A stretch of DNA of 64,000 nt from Melioribacteraceae bacterium (lineage in GTDB: Bacteria; Bacteroidota; Ignavibacteria; Ignavibacteriales; Melioribacteraceae), in the NCBI GenBank assembly GCA_963663265.2, contig CAXXXM010000002.1, positions 2,150,078-2,214,077 of the forward strand, in the 5' to 3' direction. The position numbers and the translations under genes were made by a program. The number at the start of each line of letters is the position of its first letter. Position 1 is the first letter of the stretch. The notes beneath the pieces were generated by a model. The model did no database searches and was not told where the DNA came from. It saw only the letters and a list, made by a program, of their open reading frames with translations. Below are positions 56,804 to 64,000 of the stretch, one piece after another.

Positions 56804-57176
56804 GGCGGTCATGGATGTGGGTGTTGCAAAACTCGAAAATCCCTATCTCGGGCGTCATCGGTCGTACCGTGACGCAATAATCATTATTCAAGATACCTTT
56901 ATTATTGCTTTTTTCATGCAAAATTTATTCGGTCATGGTAAGACCATGACCGCCTTGAATAATATTCCTCATTTTAGAAACATTCACAGTTGTGGTTATC
57001 GCAAAACTCAGCAAACCCTAATTCGGGCGTCACAGTTGTAGGTGTTGCAAAGCTCGAAAATTCCGATCTTGGGTGTCATCGGTCGTACCGTGACGCAATA
57101 ATCGTTATTCAAGATACCTTTATTATTGCTTTTTTCATGCAAAATTTATTCGGTCATGGTAAGACCATGACCGCCT
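56804..57176 (+). repeat. left REP-like array: two full ~135-nt composite units (start-to-start 221 nt) plus truncated copies
   Basis: Units are about 56819-56954 and 57040-57176 and are nearly identical. Each contains hairpin 1, GTCATCGGT-CGT-ACCGTGAC (56853-56874, 57075-57094). Each also contains hairpin 2, CGGTCATGGT-AAG-ACCATGACCG (56930-56952, 57150-57172). A truncated unit lies at about 56995-57033. An inverted half-site GGCGGTCATGG lies at 56804-56814. Confidence 0.8.
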
Positions 57177-57401
57177 AAGACATATTCCCCGATTTTGCAA
57201 CATCTTCGATTTGACCATATCCGAATGGATTTTTTAAACGGTTTTAACCATTATAACACCCTTATTGTTAATAGTTTGAAACTTATGAAAACCATTGTAA
57301 AAACGTCAAAGCAAAGTAAGTTGTTTTAGATATACGACAAGGGATAATAAAACATGTTTTGTTTCTAAACTCTTCTTCCTTTGAATAATATTATTTCTCT
57401 T

Positions 57402-57965
57402 TTAAGTCAGATTGAAACTTGCGAATTTAGTATCTACATAGAGGATTGAATTATCATTGTTTTGATAATTTCGATAACTTGAATATAAATATTCATCTGG
57501 ACTTAATACGATATTTGCTTTAACTGGGTTATTGTGAATGTAATTTAGTTTTACCCAAAACATTTCTTTTGAACGAATAACCTCATCATCAAAACGAGTA
57601 ACCCATAGTTTCCTGATTTGATCAGGATATTGTTTCGCAGCATTAGAAAATATTTCAATATAATTATTATATCTTCCTTTTTCGATCTTGTCAAATATTT
57701 GCCACGCAGAAAATTTCTTTATATCCCTCATAATGTTGGAAACACTACTTTTGTTAATAGCAGTTGAAATTATCCAATGAAAATGAGTTGGCATTATTAC
57801 ATAACCTAATACTATAAATTCATATTTCCTTTGATAAAATTTTATATTTGAAATTAAAATATCACAAAAGCATTTTTTGTTAAAAATTGGAGTATGTTCG
57901 ACGACAGTTGTTGTAATAAAAAAAACTGTCTCGTCTGATAGTAATGATCTTCCCCTTGTTCCCAT
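57402..57965 (-). CDS. REP-associated tyrosine transposase (RAYT; IS200/IS605 Y1 HUH family)
   Basis: 187 aa. HUH motif 'MPTHFHWII' and catalytic-Tyr block 'NYIHNNPVKANIV'. Palindromic repeats flank it on both sides. Confidence 0.8.
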   Translation of the reverse strand: MGTRGRSLLSDETVFFITTTVVEHTPIFNKKCFCDILISNIKFYQRKYEFIVLGYVIMPTHFHWIISTAINKSSVSNIMRDIKKFSAWQIFDKIEKGRYNNYIEIFSNAAKQYPDQIRKLWVTRFDDEVIRSKEMFWVKLNYIHNNPVKANIVLSPDEYLYSSYRNYQNNDNSILYVDTKFASFNLT

Positions 57966-58023
57966 AAAAATTTTCCATTACTTTACGTTTTAGGACGTGA
58001 TAATATATTCATATAATTTTTAA

Positions 58024-58566
58024 ACGGTCATGGTAAGACCGTGTATGTTGCAAAACTCAGCAAAACCAATCTCGGACGTCATCGGTCGTACCGTGACGCA
58101 AATTTTTTTATCAAAAATACTGGTCTTTTTACAGTAAATTCATTCGGTCATGGTGAGACCATGACCGCCCAGAAATTATTCCTTAATTATGAAACACCCA
58201 CAGTAGTAGGTGTTTCATAACTCGAAAATCAAGTTCATGGGTGTCACGGTCTCACCGTGACACTACTGGTTTTATCAAAAAATAGCTTAATTATAGCTGT
58301 ATTAATAAAAATATATTCGGTCATGGTAAAACCATTACCGCCAAGAACAACATCCCTCAATTATGAAACACCCACGACCGAAAATGTTGCAAAACTCTTA
58401 AATATCCGAACTCGGGTGTCACGGTCTGAACCGTGACACAAACTTTTATCAAAAACGCAGATGTTTTTACAGTTTATTTATTCGGTCATGGTAAGACCAT
58501 GACCGCCCAGAAATAATTCCTCAATTATGAAACACCCACGACCATGACCGCCCAGGAATTATTCCT
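58024..58566 (+). repeat. right REP-like array: three ~165-nt composite units plus partial copies
   Basis: Hairpin 1 copies: 58078-58097, 58241-58263 (perfect GTGTCACGGT-CTC-ACCGTGACAC) and 58416-58439. Hairpin 2 copies: 58025-58042 (partial), 58145-58167, 58318-58340 (degenerate) and 58483-58505. A half-site lies at 58542-58552. The conserved box ATTCCTyAATTATGAAACACCCAC lies between units. Confidence 0.8.
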
Positions 58567-58603
58567 TGTTTTAGTAACAATTTCAACTGTAACACTTATT
58601 ATG

Positions 58604-60100
58604 TTACCGTAATTTTTGAGCAAGATAATTAAGAAGTTCGGAAGTGTGAACTCTCACTTGCTGCATTGTATCGCGTTCACGAACGGTAACAGTTTGGTCA
58701 TCCAAAGTTTGGGTATCAACTGTAATACAGAAAGGGGTACCAACTTCATCTTGTCTTCTATATCTTCTTCCAACAGCACCTTTATCGTCAAAAAATACAC
58801 GCATAAAAGGTCTCAAGTCAGCCTCAATTTTCCGTGCTATTTCTGGCATTCCATCTTTATTAACTAATGGGAAAATGGCTGCTTTGATAGGAGCTAATTT
58901 TGGATGGAATTTAAGAACAATTCTTTGTTCGCCATTAACTTCTTCTTCGTTATAAGCATCAACTAAAAAAGCCATAAATGAACGACTTGCACCGGCAGAA
59001 GTCTCGATAATAAATGGGAAATATTTTTCTTTTTTTTCTTCATCAAAATATTTCATTGATTTGCCGGAATACTGGTCATGTCTGCTAACATCAAAGTCAG
59101 TACGGTTATGAATACCTTCAATTTCGCCCCAGCCAAATGGGAAAAGATATTCTATATCAGTAGCTTCTTTTGCGTAGTGGGCTAATTTCTCTTTTGGGTG
59201 GTCATGGTATCTTAATTTTTCAGGTGTCATACCAAGTGATTTATACCATTCTAATCGAATACCTTTCCAATAATCATAATGTTGTTTATCATCTTCAGGT
59301 TTAACAAAATACTGCATTTCCATCTGTTCAAATTCACGGGTTCGGAAAAGGAAGTTTTTTGTGTTGATTTCATTTCTAAATGCTTTTCCAATTTGAGCTA
59401 TTCCAAAAGGAAGTTTTTGTCGGCTTGCACCTTGAACATTTAAAAAGTTAACAAAAATACCTTGAGCAGTTTCAGGGCGTAAATAAATAACGTTCCCTTC
59501 TTGTTCAACCGGTCCCAAAAAAGTCTTAAACATTAAATTAAAACTACGTGGTTCTGTAAAGTTACCTTTGTTTCCACATTGAGGACAATTAATAATTGAA
59601 AGCATTTTAACAGCTAATTCTTTATTTTCTAAAATTGTTTCAAATGCTTCTGATTTTGATTGAACAATAGATAAAATACTACTTAATACACTTTCTAATT
59701 GGTCGCCGGCTAATTCTGCTTTTAACTCATCAACGGCTTTATCTTTTTTCTTATCGGCTAATTGATCAGCTAAAGTATCTAATCTAAAGCGTGCTTTACA
59801 GCTTTTACAATCAATCATAGGGTCAGTAAAGTTTTCCACATGACCGGAAGCCTCCCATACTTTTGGGTGCATTAAAATAGAAGCATCTAAGCCTTCCACA
59901 TCTTCGCGATATGTCATGGCTTTCCACCATTCTTCTTTAATATTTCTAAGTAATTCAACACCTAAAGGACCATAGTCCCAGCAGCCATTTAAGCCGCCAT
60001 ATATTTCGCTTGATTGAAATACGAAACCTTTCCGTTTTGCCAATGATACTACTTTATCAACAACGGAATTTTGATTATTCTGTGCGATAGCTGACCTCAC
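58604..60100 (-). CDS. glyQS: glycine--tRNA ligase (homodimeric class II, GlyQS type)
   Basis: 'SSEIYGGLNGCWDYGPLG', 'YLRPETAQGIF', 'GKAFRNEI', and an anticodon-binding C-terminus. 498 aa. Confidence 0.9.
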   Translation of the reverse strand: MRSAIAQNNQNSVVDKVVSLAKRKGFVFQSSEIYGGLNGCWDYGPLGVELLRNIKEEWWKAMTYREDVEGLDASILMHPKVWEASGHVENFTDPMIDCKSCKARFRLDTLADQLADKKKDKAVDELKAELAGDQLESVLSSILSIVQSKSEAFETILENKELAVKMLSIINCPQCGNKGNFTEPRSFNLMFKTFLGPVEQEGNVIYLRPETAQGIFVNFLNVQGASRQKLPFGIAQIGKAFRNEINTKNFLFRTREFEQMEMQYFVKPEDDKQHYDYWKGIRLEWYKSLGMTPEKLRYHDHPKEKLAHYAKEATDIEYLFPFGWGEIEGIHNRTDFDVSRHDQYSGKSMKYFDEEKKEKYFPFIIETSAGASRSFMAFLVDAYNEEEVNGEQRIVLKFHPKLAPIKAAIFPLVNKDGMPEIARKIEADLRPFMRVFFDDKGAVGRRYRRQDEVGTPFCITVDTQTLDDQTVTVRERDTMQQVRVHTSELLNYLAQKLR

Positions 60101-60232
60101 TATAATTATTCAATTAAAGCTACAAATATAATAAAATTTAAAAGATGGATGAATACTATAATAAATCCTTTTAAATAATTTTATATGATATGTGTAAAAA
60201 TGAATTAATTAAAAAAGTGTAAGTTAAAAGAA

Positions 60233-61465
60233 TTAAAGTTCAAGAGGTAATCTTACAATAACTTTAGTTCCAATGTTTTTTGTTGATTCAATTAGCAATT
60301 CAGCATTATTTAGTTTACATAAACCTTTACTTACAGAAAGCCCCAACCCATTCCCTTCAAATTTTCTTGAATAACCTTCATATTCTTGAGTAAATGGAGT
60401 AAATAGGTTTGTTTTATACTCTTCGGAAATGCCAATTCCGCTATCTTCAATAGTCACAGTTATTGTGCTTTCAGAGTCGTTAAAAATACTAATCTTTATT
60501 TTCCCATTTTTAGTGAATTTAATTGCATTATCAAGAATATTATCAAACACTTGAAACATAGAATCTTTATCAATTAAAGCATTTTGGATAAAAGCATTGT
60601 TATCAACACTAAAAACCAAACTTTTATTTTCTGCCTCAAGCCTATATTGTTCCAGTAGTGGAGCAAGAATATCGTTATAGAGTAAAATGTTGGATTTTTC
60701 GATTTTGAAGGTTTGTTGTTGTAATTCAGACATGGTCAAAATCATTTCAACTGTACGTATTAATCTTTTTGAAGCAGAGTTAATTGCTGAGTAAAGTTCG
60801 TTTTCTTCTTCTTCTTCAGATTTATCCATTTGAATTAGATTTAAGTAATTTATAATCACATTAATTGGGGTTCTAATTTCATGGGACATTTGGGCTAAAA
60901 ATTCCGATTTTATTTTTCGGTAACTTTCTACATCGTTTTTTGTACTTATCAATTCGTTAGTTCTTAGCTGAACTTGTTCAACTAAATTTTTATTAAAACT
61001 ATCTAACAATCTGTTTTTGATTTCAAGTTGTCTTTTAACAGTTACAAGGTCGATATGGGTTCTAATTCTAACAAGAATTTCTTTTGGTTGAAATGGTTTT
61101 GAAATATAATCAACTCCACCAAGTTCAAATCCTTTAACTATATCTTCAGTTTCTGATTTGGCGGTTAAAAAAATTATAGGAATACCTGAAGTAGATGCTG
61201 ACGATTTTAATTTTTCGCAAACTTCAAAACCCGACATGCCGGGCATCATTACATCTAAAAGAATTAGGTCGGGAGGTGAAGATCTTTGTACATAACTAAG
61301 GGCATTAATACCATTTTGAGCAACGCTAACTTCGTAACCTGCTTCAATTAAAATTTTTGCTGCATATTGAAGGTTTTTAGGATTATCATCAATAATTAAA
61401 ATTTTTGATTTATGATTTTCAATCGATTTTAACTCTAATTCAATTCTTTCATTATAAGATAACAT
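60233..61465 (-). CDS. receiver-first hybrid histidine kinase (REC-coiled coil-HisKA-HATPase)
   Basis: Receiver ('ILIIDDNPKN...LDVMMPGMSG...KPF'), H-box 'MSHEIRTPINV', and 'GNGLGLSVSKG'. Its start lies 1 nt after the end of the upstream broken gene. Confidence 0.85.
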   Translation of the reverse strand: MLSYNERIELELKSIENHKSKILIIDDNPKNLQYAAKILIEAGYEVSVAQNGINALSYVQRSSPPDLILLDVMMPGMSGFEVCEKLKSSASTSGIPIIFLTAKSETEDIVKGFELGGVDYISKPFQPKEILVRIRTHIDLVTVKRQLEIKNRLLDSFNKNLVEQVQLRTNELISTKNDVESYRKIKSEFLAQMSHEIRTPINVIINYLNLIQMDKSEEEEENELYSAINSASKRLIRTVEMILTMSELQQQTFKIEKSNILLYNDILAPLLEQYRLEAENKSLVFSVDNNAFIQNALIDKDSMFQVFDNILDNAIKFTKNGKIKISIFNDSESTITVTIEDSGIGISEEYKTNLFTPFTQEYEGYSRKFEGNGLGLSVSKGLCKLNNAELLIESTKNIGTKVIVRLPLEL

Positions 61466-61466
61466 T

Positions 61467-64000
61467 TTATTTGTTCCCCTTAATGTTTGGTTTTGATTTG
61501 TTATAAAGATATAGAATATTTTTAAGCGTTGAGGTTATCTGTTCAAAATCGTAAATATCGCAAGATGATTTTAATGTTTCAATGTGCTTGTTAAAAAGTG
61601 TTAAGTTGTGTGAACTTGTTATATTTTCCAAATTATTGATAAATTTATTTAACACGGTTAAATCAACAATTTCGATTAAATCTTCTAAGTTTTTTAATAA
61701 AAAAGTTTCAAATGAAATTAAAAAATTTTCTTCCAATATTTCATTGTCAAAATTTGGCGAGGCAGCACTTATTGGTGTCTTTTCAAACAGTTCAATTTTA
61801 TGCGATAGGAAAGACATCAATAACTCTAAAAGAGATTTTTTTAGTTATCGGTTTTCGTAATAAACCATCAAAGGTATTATCATCCATTATTTCTTCTTCT
61901 TTTTTAGAAGAAGCAGTAAAAGCAATAATTTTAGTGTTTTTGTGTAGAGGTTATAGATTTTATTAATTTAGCAGTTTTAATTCCATCCATATCTTGCATT
62001 CTGATATCCATCAAAATTAAATCAACTAAATTGCTTTCGCAGAACTTTACAGCTTGATTTCCATTAGACATACAGTAAATGGTTGCTTGAGTATCGTTAA
62101 GGTAAGACTTAACAATCTCTTGATTATTTTCTAAATCATCAACAATAAGGATAGAACTTTTTGGGAAAATAACTTTTTGGGCTTCCCATTCAAAAGCGGG
62201 AGTTTTTATAACTTTTGATTCAGTAAGCGGGATATTCGGTAATTTAATGGTAAAAATAGACCCTGAACCAATATTGCTTTTAACCGAAATATCTCCTCCC
62301 ATAAGGCTGATAAGGTCTTTTTGTTATTGCCAGACCTAAGCCGGTTCCACCATATTTTTTTGTTTCGCCATTTGTGATTTGTCTAAAAGATTCAAAAATA
62401 ACTCCTAAAAAATCTTGGCTGATACCAATCCCTGTATCTTCAACGGTAATAATTAAATCACAGGATGTTTGATTATTAGAATATGAATCTATTTTAACTG
62501 CAAGTTTAATACTCCCGAAATCAGTAAATTTAACCGCATTACCAACAAGATTAAAAAGGACTTGTCTTAATCTGATTTCATCAAGTAAAAAGTTTAAATT
62601 TTTATTAATATTATTATCAATAATAAATGTAAGTTTTTTCTCTTTGATTTTATAATCAAATATCTGACGAATTTCTTCAAACAATACGTTTAGATTAACC
62701 GATTCAGCAAAAATTTCAAGTTTACCGGCTTCAATTTTAGACAAATCTAAAATATCATTAATAAGAGCAAGAAGAGTTTTTCCACTTGTTAAAATATTAG
62801 TTAAATAATTTTTATCGCGTGTATTAGTAGTAGAGTTAAGTAATATTTCACTAAATCCAAGAATAGCATTCATGGGGCTTCTTATTTCATGGCTCATGTT
62901 GGCAATAAATTCAGATTTAGCAGCGTTCGCTTTTTCTGATAATTCTTTTGCCTTCAAAATTTCAATTTCAAATTTACTTCTATACAAAGCACCTGCAATA
63001 ATTTCACTTGCTAACCGTAATAGAGAAATAGATTCAAATTTCCCATATTCTACGAGATCGTACGGAATCGAAACCAATAAACCCGATTAAAGTTTCGCCG
63101 TAATATATGGGGATAGTTAAAAGCGAAATAATATTTTGAGGTTCAAGTATATCGCGTTCGTTTTTTCTATCATCGCCTAATTCATTAACATCTTGGATAT
63201 AAATATAGTCGTTGGCTTTGAACTTCTCTATCCAATTAGAAAACATATCGCAAGGGATGTTTTGTAGGTTGTCTATTTCCTTAGTAATCCCTTCTGAACA
63301 CCATTCAAAAGTATTATTCATAATAGAGATATTATCCCCAAATTCAAATAAATAAACCCTATCAACCTTTGCAAATTGACCAAGCATTTCTAACGAACTA
63401 TTTATTGCGTTGTTTATATTTTGATAATCTGCTTGAATTAATAATGAGGATATTTCGTTGATAAGCAGATGGAGACTGTTTAGTCCGTTAATTCGGTATT
63501 CCATTTGTTTACGATTGGAAATATCATTTAAAGTACCGGCAAATCCTTTTATTGAATTATCTTTTTCTTTAATGGCACTAATAAAAACATCAATCCAATG
63601 AATTTGTTTGTTCTTGTCAATTAATCTAAACTCAAAATTGCTGGATTCTTTATGTCCATTTATTAGGGGCTCTAATAAAGATGTTAAAAGCAAAGAATCT
63701 TCCGGGTGTGAAAATTGGATAATGTTTTTGCCAAGAGAATCTTCAATGGCATAATGAGTTATGTTTTCCCAAGCGGAGTTCAAAAAAATAACAGTACCCT
63801 TACTATCTGATTGAAAAACAACCTCTTTTAAACTATTTACAACAGTACGGTATTTTAATTCACTTTCTGCTAAACGTTGTTCAATAATCCTGTTATCAGT
63901 AATATCCTTGCTAACCCCAATAATACCAACAGTTTTGTCTGCCTTGTTAAAAACGGGGGATTTTGTTGTTGATAGTATTTTTATTGTCCCATCTTCTTGG
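61467..64000 (-). pseudogene. multi-PAS/GAF hybrid histidine kinase (HisKA-HATPase-REC-C-terminal helical/Hpt-like tail) interrupted by four frameshifts; 5' end beyond the window
   Basis: Track ORFs 63034-63783 (the frame actually stays open to 64000), 62280-63077, 61931-62302 and 61467-61820, plus an unlisted 44-codon piece (61798-61930), form one colinear protein. The junctions cut through conserved blocks: '[12 protein letters not shown]|[11 protein letters not shown]', 'MDGIKTAKLIKS...|KIIAFTAS' and 'LRKPITKK|SLLELLMSFL'. Confidence 0.6.

Larger units (their letters stand above)
56804..58552. mobile_element. REPtron-like locus (RAYT gene plus flanking REP/BIME-like arrays) between convergent mscS-like and glyQS genes
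   Basis: See the repeat and RAYT features. The outermost elements are the inverted half-sites GGCGGTCATGG (56804-56814) and CCATGACCGCC (58542-58552). Confidence 0.65.

Noticed and set aside
56815-57060. The TGTTGCAAA box in each repeat unit as a sigma54 -12 element (TTGCA)
   Set aside because: The required GG at -24 is absent or off by one nucleotide (TGGATGTGGGTGTTGCA at 56811) and is not conserved among units.
56787-57178. Track ORFs 56787-57041 and 56990-57178 (84 and 62 aa) with near-identical C-terminal peptides
   Set aside because: They are read-throughs of the REP-like repeat units. Their similarity is at the DNA level, including the palindromes. They have no RBS or start context and no protein-like composition.
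56804-58566. Possible CRISPR array (recurring ~23-nt palindromic repeat CGGTCATGGTAAGACCATGACCG)
   Set aside because: Spacing is irregular (about 120-220 nt). The intervening sequences are themselves repeated between units, so they are not unique spacers. A second, different hairpin alternates with the first. No cas genes are present, and a RAYT gene sits in the middle, so a REP/BIME interpretation fits better.
61467-61820. Stand-alone 117-aa gene (possible Hpt protein)
   Set aside because: Its upstream sequence, read through a T7/A7 run at 61836-61842, continues the receiver domain ('LRKPITKK|SLLELLMSFLSH'). It is therefore the displaced C-terminal tail of the frameshifted kinase. No clear HxxKG Hpt motif was seen either.

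Overview
AT-rich bacterial chromosome segment. Gene content suggests an Ignavibacteria-like member of the Bacteroidota/Chlorobiota (FCB) group: T9SS-type C-terminal sorting domain, BamD, a TonB-dependent receptor, a UpxY-like NusG paralog and Na+-pumping decarboxylase genes. This taxonomic call is inference only. Most of the window is densely packed, intact housekeeping and sensory genes. These include a methylmalonyl-CoA epimerase plus Na+-translocating methylmalonyl-CoA decarboxylase operon (3.1-7.2 kb), a heterodimeric ABC exporter, fbp, uppP, a cyclophilin, holA, initiator tRNA-fMet, cobB, glyQS, corA, an MscS channel and RlpA. There are also many two-component sensors, a sigma54 activator and a STAS/PP2C partner-switching pair. 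Seven stretches are worth a second look. (1) An AAA-ATPase + RloB/Toprim-like gene pair (835-2893) looks like an AbiL/PARIS/OLD-type defence module. (2) Two tandem paralogous secreted proteins (16552-20998) each carry a duplicated beta-trefoil-lectin-like head and a long unassigned helical C-terminal domain, and share conserved 5' leaders. (3) A REP-associated tyrosine transposase (RAYT, 57402-57965) is embedded in arrays of a long composite two-hairpin repeat (56804-58552). (4) A hybrid histidine kinase is broken by four frameshifts (61467 to the window end). (5) A 570-bp gene-free interval contains four G4/C4 segments capable of mutually exclusive pairings (about 52819-52925). (6) A HIT/GalT-like DUF4922 gene is translationally coupled to a two-domain GT2 gene. 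(7) A tightly overlapping operon links bamD, a thioesterase, an FG-GAP protein, an HExxH T9SS cargo and orphan CcmA/CcmB homologues. No CRISPR array, prophage, integrase or rRNA is visible.
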